DNA from: Candidatus Poribacteria bacterium
Lineage (GTDB): Bacteria > Poribacteria > WGA-4E > PCPOR2b
NCBI GenBank assembly: GCA_965198175.1
Contig: OZ240245.1
Coordinates: 3,072,001 to 3,136,000, forward strand
Length of the DNA stretch: 64,000 nt
Reading direction: 5' to 3'
Part shown: positions 19,721 to 30,063 of the stretch, piece by piece
Layout: every line of letters begins with the position of its first letter
Position numbering within the stretch: position 1 is the stretch's first letter
Position numbers and translations under genes: made by a program
The notes under the pieces: generated by a model
What the model was told of the DNA's origin: nothing
What the model saw: only the letters and a program-made list of their open reading frames with translations
Database searches by the model: none

Positions 19721-21274
19721 TCACCTCGTTGGTGACTCGGGTAAAAATTTGATAACCGGCGGGGATCGGAAGTCGGCTGCCGTAAACTGAATATATTGAT
19801 TAGCTTCCTCCTGAATCTTCATTTCACCCGTTCTCCAAACACACGAAAAACGATACACAAGCTTGGCGTTATCAGATGGGTTCATTAGCACGGCATAGGT
19901 GTTCGTATTGGGTCCCGTTGAGACCAATTCTTGAAATGTCTCCAGTCGATTCACCGGAAAAATCACGCCCATATCAAGTTTGCTTGGCGGTGATGTGAGT
20001 GCTGGTTGATTCCGAGTCCAAAGCCAACCTTCCGTTGCATTTTTATCCAGGCGGTATCCGTCATTCGGAACACCGGTTGCGATACAATATCTGGATGTTA
20101 GCCCTGGCGCCTGAATGTGATGTTCTCCCCATTGGTGGCCCGCATAAATCATAATTGTTGACGTCAACTGGATCGTTCCTGCATCCAGGCGCCAATTGGG
20201 CATTATCCGCTGTACGACAGATCGAACTGGACCATCGGCAAGCACTCGTACATAGTCATCTGCATCGGCAGGTGAGACAAGTTCTTGATTGATTTTGTCC
20301 CAAAGCGCAAAGCCGCCGCAACCAATTAACCCATGTGAAGGAATAAGTGGGGTCATGATGTCTTCTTCAGCCTCCGAATTACTCCCAATCGGATCAATAA
20401 ACCGATCGATGGATAATTCCTTCGATTTGTAAACATTAAGCTGATTTGCCTCTTTCCGGACAGAGAATTTCTGTTTATTTGTCCGATCGATTATAAGCCA
20501 ATTACTATCCGGCGTTTGAACTTCAACTGTGATATTCTGAGATAGCCCCAAGCCATTATTTACAAATGATTGGTGTAACTCTGCTGAAATTGAATTGCGA
20601 TAATCCAACTCACTCTGGAAGTGCGGCTCAATGTCAAACAGCAGCTTTTCCCGCTTGCCGTAGGCTTGAATTGAACCGTTGGCATTCAGAACATAGGCGA
20701 TTAACTCAGATTCCAACGCTGCGAATCCATCGAATTCTGGAAAAATGCCGGATCTTGTTCGCTTTGGAAATTCAAGTGTTATAGGCATTTGGTAATTTGG
20801 GGCATATCGGATAGAAACCTCTTTTGTTTCCCGAGGCGCGAGATCTACGAGAAAAATCAATTCATCTTTTTGACCATCATAGTTCATATCGTCTACTTGA
20901 CTATGAATTTCAGCTCTTTGCTGACCAGAATTCACCAAGTAGGCATCAAATGAAAAGTCAGAAGCAACAGACCTAAGCTCTTGAAGCGTAAGCACAATGG
21001 GAACGTTTAGGCGTTCTATTGGCAACGTATTCTGAATTGTGAGTTTTATTTGTGGAGGGGTACGATTCTTGCCAGAGAAATCACAACCGATCGAACTCCA
21101 CAGCCAAATCCCAAGGAGGAGAAAATAATAGGGAAGTCCGTCAGAAATGTGAAAATTCAAATGCTGACGCAGATTAGCTTGTTGTTTCCGATTCAACCAC
21201 AGGTCAATCAAACTAGACATCTCCTTGATCCGTTTAGCGGGCTTAATTCTATCACAAGAGCCGGGAACTGCCAA
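19721..21274 (-). CDS. DUF4861-like putative lipoprotein
   Basis: SQVDDMNYDGQKDELIF, AALESELIAY, GCGGFALW, LADGPVRS; lipobox-like SIGC; start uncertain. Confidence 0.7.
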   Translation of the reverse strand: MAVPGSCDRIKPAKRIKEMSSLIDLWLNRKQQANLRQHLNFHISDGLPYYFLLLGIWLWSSIGCDFSGKNRTPPQIKLTIQNTLPIERLNVPIVLTLQELRSVASDFSFDAYLVNSGQQRAEIHSQVDDMNYDGQKDELIFLVDLAPRETKEVSIRYAPNYQMPITLEFPKRTRSGIFPEFDGFAALESELIAYVLNANGSIQAYGKREKLLFDIEPHFQSELDYRNSISAELHQSFVNNGLGLSQNITVEVQTPDSNWLIIDRTNKQKFSVRKEANQLNVYKSKELSIDRFIDPIGSNSEAEEDIMTPLIPSHGLIGCGGFALWDKINQELVSPADADDYVRVLADGPVRSVVQRIMPNWRLDAGTIQLTSTIMIYAGHQWGEHHIQAPGLTSRYCIATGVPNDGYRLDKNATEGWLWTRNQPALTSPPSKLDMGVIFPVNRLETFQELVSTGPNTNTYAVLMNPSDNAKLVYRFSCVWRTGEMKIQEEANQYIQFTAADFRSPPVIKFLPESPTR

Positions 21275-21491
21275 ATGAAAAATCCCTTATAGCGAAGTGC
21301 GGGTCAGCAATTCACATTTCAATCTCTACGACCTTCTGACAGACTAAACCTCTCAGGCGTTTTTAATAACGTTACTTAGTGATGTTGTTTTAAACTAACT
21401 CCCCAGCGCTTTCACGGCATGATTGAGCACAATCTCGCAGCAGAAACGACTCTGTGAGTTGCCCTGTCCTAAGATGGATCTTTACAAAGGC

Positions 21492-21703
21492 TGTCAAAGT
21501 CGAGGATGAAACGGACAGTCCATTTAGATGAAAGTAGAGGGTAGATGGGCGCTGGCAAATAAGGTAAAAGGTAAGATGTGGAGATTCAGAAGCAAGAAAG
21601 ACTACAGCACAGAAAAGGATGAAACAAGCTAGGAGCAAGATGCTGAGTAGATGTGACGCTTCTGATTTATACGCTTGTGTGGCGTTTTATACTAACCTTG
21701 ACA
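21492..21703. mobile_element. Possible degenerate IS/MITE remnant
   Basis: TGT...ACA ends with an imperfect ~25-bp inverted repeat (TGTCAAAGTCGAGGATGAAACG vs reverse complement TGTCAAGGTTAGTATAAAACG) in a 630-bp intergenic gap; no target duplication seen. Confidence 0.35.
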
Positions 21704-21905
21704 ACTTTTCGAAATTCTGGAGAACATGTGCCAATCTACCGGAATGAAGAAGTTTATCCAGCTTACTATCACCATTAGAGACGTTAGGGTGTAATGAGCA
21801 TCTGCATCGGCATACGTTCTAGCAAAGAATCGCCACGTCGGAACTTTCATTGGAACCAGGACGATTAATCGATGAAGTTCAAGCGCCTTGGGCCGGCACA
21901 GCCCC

Positions 21906-23030
21906 TCAAGGTAGCAGCTCCAACGCGTAATCTATTTCCGCTTCCGAGTTGTAGAAATGTGGAGACAAACGCACCCCACCACGTTCCGCACAAATCACGT
22001 TTTCATGCTGGAATCGGGTGCAAAGTTCAGTTGCTGAGTATCGATCGCTTTGAAAGAGGACAATTCCGGATCGTTTGGATTCGATGTTTGGCGTTATGAT
22101 TCTATACCCCTTGGATTGAAGTCCTTCGATGAGTCGCCTCGTCAGATTCAATACTCGCGCTTCGATTCTTACAACGCCAATCTCCAACAACAGTTCAATC
22201 GCTGCTCGCAGTCCATGTAATCCAACGCTGTTGTAGGATCCTTCCTCAAACCTCGTTGCGTCAGGTTTCGGTGTGAAATCGTAATTTAGGAAATCCCTGG
22301 GGTTGACCACGCTTGCCCAGCCGACATTTGTGTTGATTAACCTATCCTGTTTCTCCCTCGCGCAGTAGAAAATCGCCGCGCCTTCGGGAGCAAGTAACCA
22401 TTTGTGTCCATCCGCCGCAAAAATGTCGATGTTGCAAGCATTCACATCTAGATCGATCACTCCAAGGCTTTGAATCGCGTCCACAACAAACCAGATACCT
22501 TTCTTGCGACAAATTTCACCAATTGCTGCAATATCGTTCCGAAACCCTGACGCAAACTCAACATGGCTGATTGTTACGACACGGGTACGCGCATCAATTG
22601 CCGCCTCAATCTCCTCGGTCAAAATCTGCCCCCCTCTCTCTTGCACCATCCGCATCTCTACACCGTAACGCTCCTTCAAGCTCCACCAAGGGTATACGTT
22701 AGCGGGAAATTCAACTGCTGTCGTCACAATGTTATCGAACTGGTGCCAATCTATCCCGTTCGCGGCGATGATGAGCCCTTGCGTCGTGTTTTTCATGAAC
22801 GCAATTTCGCTTGGATCGGCATTGATTAGTTGCGCAGCAGAATGACGGCACGCCTCAACCGTCGCTGTCCAGCTAGCTGCGTTGACCCCACCGTTATCGG
22901 CGGCATCGTTCAAGAAATCTTGCATCGCGTCTCGCGCACGCAGCGACAACGGTGACACGCCGGCGTGGTTCAGGTAGATATATTTTTGCGTTACCGGAAA
23001 CTGTTCTCGCCATTGCATCCAGCTGCTCAT
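21906..23030 (-). CDS. Class V PLP-dependent aminotransferase (cysteine desulfurase-like)
   Basis: IYLNHAGVSP, VDAIQSLG, DGHKWLLAPEG, RLSPHFYN. Confidence 0.93.
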   Translation of the reverse strand: MSSWMQWREQFPVTQKYIYLNHAGVSPLSLRARDAMQDFLNDAADNGGVNAASWTATVEACRHSAAQLINADPSEIAFMKNTTQGLIIAANGIDWHQFDNIVTTAVEFPANVYPWWSLKERYGVEMRMVQERGGQILTEEIEAAIDARTRVVTISHVEFASGFRNDIAAIGEICRKKGIWFVVDAIQSLGVIDLDVNACNIDIFAADGHKWLLAPEGAAIFYCAREKQDRLINTNVGWASVVNPRDFLNYDFTPKPDATRFEEGSYNSVGLHGLRAAIELLLEIGVVRIEARVLNLTRRLIEGLQSKGYRIITPNIESKRSGIVLFQSDRYSATELCTRFQHENVICAERGGVRLSPHFYNSEAEIDYALELLP

Positions 23031-25819
23031 GGACGACTTTCCCCATGCGGATTCTCACCGATTGGCAGTGCACCCCGATATGGCCCTGCAATTGCGATAC
23101 TGCACTCATCAGGGCAAAGATATTTCTGGGCGACAGCATTGACCTTATCTCGAGTAATGCTGCGGTAAATGGATTCATGCCTAGCGGGGTAGTCTAGACC
23201 CAACCCATATAGCTCTGCCAACAACAGCACAGCGATGATTCCCCTATTGGTTTCCAACGTCAACGCAAAATTTCCGACAATCAGATTCTTAGCGTCTGCA
23301 TGTTCCTGCTCTGTAATGCCGTCAGATGCGATGAGTTCGAGTTCGTTAAGAATACTCTGAATTGCTTTATCGACGTTTTCCGAATTAACTCCTGCGCTAG
23401 CATGGAAAAGCCCCTCACCAAACATCGGGCTAAATGAACTCCACACGCTATATGCTAGCCCTTGAACATCGCGGACACGACCAAACAGACGGGCAATTCC
23501 CGCACTACCTCCGAGTACGCGGTTCATGAGATCAAAGGCGTAAAAATCTGAATTTGTGCGTGCAATCCCCTTATGTCCTAACTCGATACTCACTTGAGAT
23601 TTGTCCATCATCGGTTTGATGGCGATCTTTTTTTCACGATATTCTACCGGTGGAATTCTGAAGAGCGGCTTTTCGCCAATTGCCATCCAATTCCCCATTG
23701 CAGCATCAATTTTTTCGATAATCTCCTGTGTATCCACATCGCCAACAATCGCCAGAATCAGCGAATCGGGTCGATAATAGCAGGCGTGGAAGTCAATCAG
23801 AACATCCCGCTGTATCTTCTGAATGGATTCCTCGGTTCCATGTACGCACTGGTGATACGGGTGTTCTTCGGGGAAAACAAGTTCTCGCAGCATCTGGTCG
23901 GCGACATAATCAGTGTCATCTTCCCACGCTTTGAAACAGCTATAAATCTGATGACAGTGTTTCCCAATTTCTGCTTGTGGGAAGTTGGGTGCCCGAAGAA
24001 TGCCATTGAGAATTTTTAGCACACAATCAAAGTCTTTTGACAAAAAGCGTCCATCAATGTTTACCGATTCCGTATTACCCCACACATTTAGGCTCGCGCC
24101 TACAGATTCAATCTCTTCAGCAATCTCTTCCCATGTCCGGTTTTCAGTACCTTTTGTCAGCATATTGGCAACGAAATTTGAACAACCCGGCAAATTCGGC
24201 GGATCATACATTGCGCCAGCTTTTAATCGACCACCAATTGCAACTGTCTTGTTAAAATGATTTTCTTGGATCAGCACGGTCAATCCATTGTCGAATACGT
24301 GGCGGGCAACGGGTAACTCGCCTGAATTGATGGACGGTGGCTGGTGGCTGGTGGGAGTTGAACGATAGGTGTTAAGTGGCATTTCCGGCTTGAAAAAAAA
24401 ACGCGGTTGTGACATGCGATACATGGCTTTCACCTCCGCTACTCCGCGAGCGGATAAATTGCCGGACGCACCAAAATTTCTGGGCGAAATCGGTCGGAAA
24501 TGTCCGACCGTGCGGTTATCTTCGGTGAGATATTTCTGCGCTGCCTCACGGATTTGTTCGCCAGTAACAGATTGTATCCTCTCAAGATACGTATCAAGGA
24601 ATTTATGAGAAAGCACAGTTTCGTAGTAACCAATCCGAGCTGCCTGCTCAGAAACGCTATCGAGCGAAAAAAGGAACTGCGCTTCCGTTTGATTGATCGC
24701 TCTCTCTAACTCTGCCCCGGTAACGAGATCATTTTGAACGCGGTCGATTAGTTCTAGCATAGCTGCTTCGAGTGTTTCCGAAGTGACATCAGCTTGAGCC
24801 TCTGCAAATGCCCAAGCAAGTCCCGCATCCTTGGAGAATCCCGCTTCCAAATCTGCAGATGTTGCAAGTTGCTTGTCTACCAGGGCACGATAAAGACGTG
24901 ATGATTTTCCAGAACTCATGATTGTGCCAAGAACCTCCAGCGGATAGAGATCTGAATGCCCTGCGGCTGGAATGTGATAAGCAATTGCAACATAAGCGAT
25001 ATGCCCCTCTTTACGAACAGTGACACGTCTTTCCCCCTGCTGCTTCGGCTCAATTGTTGAGGGGCCAGGAACCGATTCGCCGGGTGGCAGGGAGCCGAAA
25101 TGCGCTTCGACCTGCTTAATCAGCGATGACGTATTAAAGTCGCCGACAACGATAAGCGTTGCGTTGTTTGGGCTGTAGTGTTGGCGATAGTAATCGTAAA
25201 GATCTTCACGGGTCATCGATTTGAGATCTGAAGCCCAACCAATCACTCCCCATTGATACGGGTGCGTCTTATATGCGGCAGCCTGCACTTCCTCCCATAA
25301 AACGTACTGGGGTGAATTTTCCGAGCCTTCACGCTCTGAAAGGATAACTGTCCGTTCGGCTTCAACCTCATCGGGATCAAAAACGCTGTTTTGCATGCGA
25401 TCTGCTTCCAGAGTAAGTCCAACTGAGATTTTGTCTGCAGGCAGTGTTTCATAATAGGCGGTGAAATCGGCGCTCGTAAACCCGTTCCACCTGCCACCGT
25501 TGCCTTCTATCAGCCTTTTAAGTTTATTTTTTGGGAAATTCGGCGTCCCCTTAAATAGCATGTGTTCTACCCAATGAGAAACGCCAGTCATGCCTAAGCG
25601 TTCATTACGGGATCCCACCTTGTACCAAATATAAGTGCTGATGACCGGAGCCGTGTGTACTTCCTTGGTTAACACTGTTAACCCGTTCAATAACTCATGT
25701 TCGTTAATTTCATCGCTGTGTCCGGACATTTCTGTGGTAATGGGATTTGGCGAGTGGGTATCGGGATTTCCAATCTGTTGCGCCAATGGTAACTTCCTCC
25801 AATGTATTGAACCCTTCAA
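23027..25819 (-). CDS. M16 (pitrilysin) zinc metalloprotease, fused two-subunit form
   Basis: Inverted zincin HWVEH-MLFKGT in the first half; the second half lacks HxxEH but has RLF...RDVQGLAY; a likely start is the ATG at 25729. Confidence 0.93.
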   Translation of the reverse strand: MKGSIHWRKLPLAQQIGNPDTHSPNPITTEMSGHSDEINEHELLNGLTVLTKEVHTAPVISTYIWYKVGSRNERLGMTGVSHWVEHMLFKGTPNFPKNKLKRLIEGNGGRWNGFTSADFTAYYETLPADKISVGLTLEADRMQNSVFDPDEVEAERTVILSEREGSENSPQYVLWEEVQAAAYKTHPYQWGVIGWASDLKSMTREDLYDYYRQHYSPNNATLIVVGDFNTSSLIKQVEAHFGSLPPGESVPGPSTIEPKQQGERRVTVRKEGHIAYVAIAYHIPAAGHSDLYPLEVLGTIMSSGKSSRLYRALVDKQLATSADLEAGFSKDAGLAWAFAEAQADVTSETLEAAMLELIDRVQNDLVTGAELERAINQTEAQFLFSLDSVSEQAARIGYYETVLSHKFLDTYLERIQSVTGEQIREAAQKYLTEDNRTVGHFRPISPRNFGASGNLSARGVAEVKAMYRMSQPRFFFKPEMPLNTYRSTPTSHQPPSINSGELPVARHVFDNGLTVLIQENHFNKTVAIGGRLKAGAMYDPPNLPGCSNFVANMLTKGTENRTWEEIAEEIESVGASLNVWGNTESVNIDGRFLSKDFDCVLKILNGILRAPNFPQAEIGKHCHQIYSCFKAWEDDTDYVADQMLRELVFPEEHPYHQCVHGTEESIQKIQRDVLIDFHACYYRPDSLILAIVGDVDTQEIIEKIDAAMGNWMAIGEKPLFRIPPVEYREKKIAIKPMMDKSQVSIELGHKGIARTNSDFYAFDLMNRVLGGSAGIARLFGRVRDVQGLAYSVWSSFSPMFGEGLFHASAGVNSENVDKAIQSILNELELIASDGITEQEHADAKNLIVGNFALTLETNRGIIAVLLLAELYGLGLDYPARHESIYRSITRDKVNAVAQKYLCPDECSIAIAGPYRGALPIGENPHGESRP

Positions 25820-26035
25820 AATGTTCTGAACCTCTCAATGGTTCAGTCCCAATTCCTAGGTTTAGATTCGTAGTGAGTAAGTAATCTTTCACTTTACAAC
25901 TTTTCAATCGTGTGTCCCGTCTTCGATGTTTTCCTTACAACCTATTTACTTCCCTCAGACAAAAGCGCCTGAAGTTCGGTATCCCGTATAACGCATCGGA
26001 GCTACAAAATACGCAGTGCAACTTATACGGCTTTC

Positions 26036-26725
26036 CTACGAACTTTCAAACCGTGTTTCATGTCGAATCTGGTACACTGCTCGGTAGATTTTACGCCCCT
26101 CTGCAAGGTACTTTATCTCAAAGCTCGTTGGAACATGTTCTGCTTCAACTGAGTCAAACGGCACAGAGACTAAAGATGGCAATCGATTTAGTCTTTGACA
26201 AATCTCGGAGAAACACTCATCATAATCGGTAGCGAGTTGGATGCAGCCCTCATTCGGATCGAGAGTCCGAAGTAGACCTTTAGTGAGAAGTTCGTTGTTA
26301 AAGATTCGGCGTTTGTGCTGACGTTTCTTCGGCCAAGGATCCGGAAAGTAGATATGATAGGTCTTGACCGAGCTCCACGCAACATAGCGATCGACAAAAT
26401 AGGACGCGTCGCTCCAGACGAGAAGCGCCCTCGTAACGTTATGTTTCAGTAGGTGTTCCTTTGTTCGCTGAACATATTTTGGGGCTCTCTCTATACCAAC
26501 ATAGTTAATATCGGGATGTTGCGTTGCGGATTCGCGCAGGAAACGTCCCTTGCCACACCCAATTTCGATTTCGACGGGATTTTCATTCCCAAAGACCTCT
26601 CTCCAATCGAGTGGAGGGTCAATATCTTTCAGATTAATTTCAGTGTTTTCCCTGAGATTGATTATCCTTGATTCGACTTGAGTGAATTTGTAATATGTGT
26701 CATTATAGCGCGGTTCAGCGATCAT
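26036..26725 (-). CDS. trmB: tRNA (guanine46-N7)-methyltransferase
   Basis: EIEIGCGKG, YVGIE, YFPDPWPKKRQHKRR, LATD, TSFEIKY. Confidence 0.95.
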   Translation of the reverse strand: MIAEPRYNDTYYKFTQVESRIINLRENTEINLKDIDPPLDWREVFGNENPVEIEIGCGKGRFLRESATQHPDINYVGIERAPKYVQRTKEHLLKHNVTRALLVWSDASYFVDRYVAWSSVKTYHIYFPDPWPKKRQHKRRIFNNELLTKGLLRTLDPNEGCIQLATDYDECFSEICQRLNRLPSLVSVPFDSVEAEHVPTSFEIKYLAEGRKIYRAVYQIRHETRFESS

Positions 26726-26837
26726 CCCTTAAATGTAGTATTCAATTAAATGTCTTCGTATTTGTTCGTATTTGTAGGTATCGGCATACTTTCAAGCATC
26801 GTTCCCGGGCCCGGTCTTTGGCTCATGGCATTCCTTG

Positions 26838-27116
26838 TCAGGTGTTCGTATCTCCATCCTTCGTTGAAGCGATATCTGCTGCGGTTTCCTTAATCGCCTG
26901 TTCGAGTGCATTGACACGGAGTTCCAGAGAATCCTCAAGCTGTTTAAGATGGAGCAGCCACGACTCTCTTGAGGTGTTTTCATCTGTACCAAATCCGTTT
27001 GTCTGGGATAGGCGAATATATTTTAACCGTTCCTCCTGTAACGTCTTTAACTGTCCTTCGTAGTCCTCGATTCCAGTTTGAAGTAAAATGACTAGTTCAC
27101 GAATCTTTTCCAACAC
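26838..27116 (-). CDS. Hypothetical coiled-coil protein (92 aa)
   Basis: RBS AAGGAG before GTG; heptad-rich sequence. Confidence 0.7.
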   Translation of the reverse strand: MLEKIRELVILLQTGIEDYEGQLKTLQEERLKYIRLSQTNGFGTDENTSRESWLLHLKQLEDSLELRVNALEQAIKETAADIASTKDGDTNT

Positions 27117-27223
27117 ATCAGTCTCCTTATTGACTGGAGTATGATTGAATCTTCACAAGGCTAACATTATCTCATATTGACTTGTTCGATGCAATGTTAA
27201 TCCGCCATTACGCTTTCCGTCAC

Positions 27224-27252
27224 TTGACAGCTCAGGATGACTGTGGTATGCT
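27224..27252 (+). promoter_or_regulatory. Sigma70 promoter
   Basis: TTGACA-17 bp-TATGCT with extended -10 TG. Confidence 0.65.
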
Positions 27253-27381
27253 AACGTTCAATGCTTGAGTCACCTGCGCCTTGCTGCAACTCTACACAGG
27301 TAGAAGACGCGCTGTATCATCCAAGCGGCACATCAAGGCTAAAGGGATTATGTTGTTATGACAACCGATAGGAGGTGAAAT

Positions 27382-27858
27382 ATGCGAAGAGCCCAAACGT
27401 GCTTCTTCGTCAGTTTACTCATATCAATCACTGCGTGCACCGCGTTGGTTGGAATGTGGGCGTGGGCACAAAAGGCAGAGGAAGCAACTGAAAGCAGAGG
27501 AATAACCTTAGCAGACCTTGGGGTAACAACCGAACAAACGGAGCAAATCAAAGCTCTGTGGGAACTCAAACGTCAAAATCACATTCAGGCAATCGAAAAC
27601 CTACGCCGGCTAAATCGACTAGCGAAGGCTTTAATCGTATCAGATGATGAAATTAGAGAAACGCTGGAAAAATTCCGTCAGAATCTTTTGGACCAAGAGC
27701 AGAAGATTAAGTCAGCTGAAGAAAAACTCATCGAAGATTTACCCTCTCGGGCACAATTGCACTTAACCATCTTGGGGGTGTTAGAAAACGGATTAGCGCC
27801 CCGGCGCTTTGGGACAACATCACCAAAAGATAAGAAAAGAGATGGTGTCGGAAAATGA
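27382..27858 (+). CDS. Exported helical protein (Spy/CpxP-like)
   Basis: Strong RBS AGGAGGT, signal peptide, LGVTTEQTEQIKAL motif, all-helical composition. Confidence 0.65.
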   Translation: MRRAQTCFFVSLLISITACTALVGMWAWAQKAEEATESRGITLADLGVTTEQTEQIKALWELKRQNHIQAIENLRRLNRLAKALIVSDDEIRETLEKFRQNLLDQEQKIKSAEEKLIEDLPSRAQLHLTILGVLENGLAPRRFGTTSPKDKKRDGVGK

Positions 27859-27908
27859 TGCCAACGGTCAAAGGAAAATAGGCAGAACAAAAGTGGTGGG
27901 TAAAAAAA

Positions 27909-27984
<76 letters not shown>

Positions 27985-28000
27985 ACTGTAAACAAGAGAG

Positions 28001-28029
28001 ATTTTAACATCCTCATTCTTGAAACGCAA
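28001..28029 (-). promoter_or_regulatory. tRNA promoter
   Basis: TTGCGT-17 bp-TAAAAT with extended TG, just upstream of the tRNA. Confidence 0.65.
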
Positions 28030-28187
28030 GGAAAAATTTGCAATCTTTTTTGCGACACTGTGCCTAAATCCGCGCCGATTTACCGGGGTGTGAATCACAA
28101 GCAATAACGGTCTCCAAATTTGGGCTATTAAGCAAGAAATTGTGTCTAACTTACCGATTCAGACATTGGGGGCGAGAATAGACATAA

Positions 28188-28436
28188 TTATATCAATTCA
28201 TATCGAATATCAATGCTATCTTTCCCCTCTAGGGTTTCAGCAAGCATTTCGAGTAACTCCTCTTGGCAACCGTTCTCAGCAAGAAAGTCATATGTTTCTT
28301 CATTGATATAATAGTCCTGATCCTCAATACCTCCCTCCTCAAGATTCTCAATCAGAAATTGAACCTGATCCTCAGTGATTATTCCTATCTCTTGGTCATG
28401 CTCAAGATCGATCAGTCGAAATAACTTCTGATTCAT
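28188..28436 (-). CDS. Small acidic hypothetical protein
   Basis: 82 aa, RBS AGAGG; GIITEDQVQFLIENLEE...DQDYYIN resembles a conserved uncharacterised family. Confidence 0.8.
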   Translation of the reverse strand: MNQKLFRLIDLEHDQEIGIITEDQVQFLIENLEEGGIEDQDYYINEETYDFLAENGCQEELLEMLAETLEGKDSIDIRYELI

Positions 28437-28759
28437 CTACAACCTCTTTGAAACCAACCATTGACGTGTTTACACCCATGGCACCACTCGCTTTCCGGCT
28501 ACTACCTTTTTATCTTCCGGTTACAGATTTTATGAAAACGTCGTTGGTTTGTCATCCCAAAAATCATCAGATTGAGCGCCTTCAAGTTATTCCATGCCCT
28601 GCCCTGTCCCCAAAAAGCTGGACATGAAGCTAAGATTGATATACAATAACCGTAAGTGTTAGATTAGAGACAAAATATAGGGAAGTTGCAGTCCCAGTTG
28701 TCATGAAAAGCAGACCGAGAGGTCAACTTGCCGACGGTTGACGATGTAGCAACTTGGGT

Positions 28760-29875
28760 TTATGGCTTTGATCCGCTCTTGAGTTGTGCCCATGTCGTGA
28801 TGACGGACGGAATGGTGGGTTTAAGCTGGGGGGCAGGTGAGGCAGTCTCCGTTTCCCATAACTCACCTTCCAAGGTGACGGTTTCTTCGGCGGAGGAGTG
28901 GATCATATAACTGGCTTCGCCTCGAATGGATTCATCAAGATATTCGGTGTCATTGCGCTGTACCAGCACCTGATCTTGTGACTCCAACTGGAAGTAAATT
29001 GCCCATACGGATGGAAATAGGTCAAAAAAATCTCCGACGGTCTCCAAGTCTTCGGAGTCTATCGGCACACCGTATACACCGTAACCTTCGCGGATCGTTA
29101 AATCTACTTGGACGGGAGTTGTTTCAGGTCTTTGTGCGTGGAGTTCGACGGTTCTTTCTCTTGTCATGACAATGACAAAACCGAAACTCGGGTCCAGTTG
29201 GGGATTGTCTCCGCCACTTGATGTGTATTTGAACTCGTCTAATCCAACGGAATATACGTAATTGACATCTGGTTGTATTGCGTAAAAAAGGTCGGATATC
29301 TCTTCTAGCGCACTTTCGCAATGGTCAACCCCAATGACAGTGAACGGCAGCGAAATGAAATTGTATCCTTCCTTAAGCTCTAGTGTGAACGACACAATTT
29401 CGCCTGTCAAAGGTGTGCATCCTTCGCCCGACGATGATGAGGTGCCGCGCCGATTGTTCTGCGAACTGTCGTCTCCATTGTTCCCTAAATCGTCGTTCTC
29501 GAATTTCTGCAAATTGTCGTCTCCATTGTTTCCTAAATCGTCGTTCTTGAAGTTCTGCAAATTGCCGATCTGGTTGGGCGTGTCTGGGTCCGATGATTGC
29601 CAGTTCTGTGGCTCCACGGTCCACCAGGCTGTGATCCTAATGAGATTGGGTGGATGCGTGTTATTTACCTGATAGTATTCATGCACATGCTGGTATTCCG
29701 GTTTACGGATTCGATCCGGATGGTCAATCGGGAGATGCGTGGGGGGAGGGTCGGTAAATGCGTCCTCGGGAAAGTCGTCATGGGCATGGACGGCTAGAGG
29801 GATTCCGAAGAAGATGGTGCAGAGGAAACTGAGTAACAGCTTGCTAGCAATCGGGGTTTCAAAGTGTTCGCGCAT
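28760..29875 (-). CDS. Secreted protein with C-terminal AxPAP...TTWAxLK motif
   Basis: Signal peptide ending VHA; two related domains (LELKEGYNFISLP / LTIREGYGVYGVP); tail ASPAPQLKPTIPSVITTWAQLK. Confidence 0.8.
   Translation of the reverse strand: MREHFETPIASKLLLSFLCTIFFGIPLAVHAHDDFPEDAFTDPPPTHLPIDHPDRIRKPEYQHVHEYYQVNNTHPPNLIRITAWWTVEPQNWQSSDPDTPNQIGNLQNFKNDDLGNNGDDNLQKFENDDLGNNGDDSSQNNRRGTSSSSGEGCTPLTGEIVSFTLELKEGYNFISLPFTVIGVDHCESALEEISDLFYAIQPDVNYVYSVGLDEFKYTSSGGDNPQLDPSFGFVIVMTRERTVELHAQRPETTPVQVDLTIREGYGVYGVPIDSEDLETVGDFFDLFPSVWAIYFQLESQDQVLVQRNDTEYLDESIRGEASYMIHSSAEETVTLEGELWETETASPAPQLKPTIPSVITTWAQLKSGSKP
29456..29564 (-). repeat. 48-bp in-frame tandem repeat (about 2.3 copies)
   Basis: Encodes NLQNFKNDDLGNNGDD / NLQKFENDDLGNNGDD / SSQN. 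Confidence 0.9.
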
Positions 29876-30063
29876 AATCGTGTCCCCATTGTTCAGATGG
29901 CTCCGGGGCTAAGACTTTGCCGATGCCTATTGTCGCTCCAAGGGGCGAATGTGTGAAATGCCGGACTAAAGTGAATCCTCAAATTATTGACGGCAAAGCT
30001 AGGCAATTATTGATTTATAACGTTAAATGCTGAATCGCGTTACACAATAAGGAGGGATTCGCC

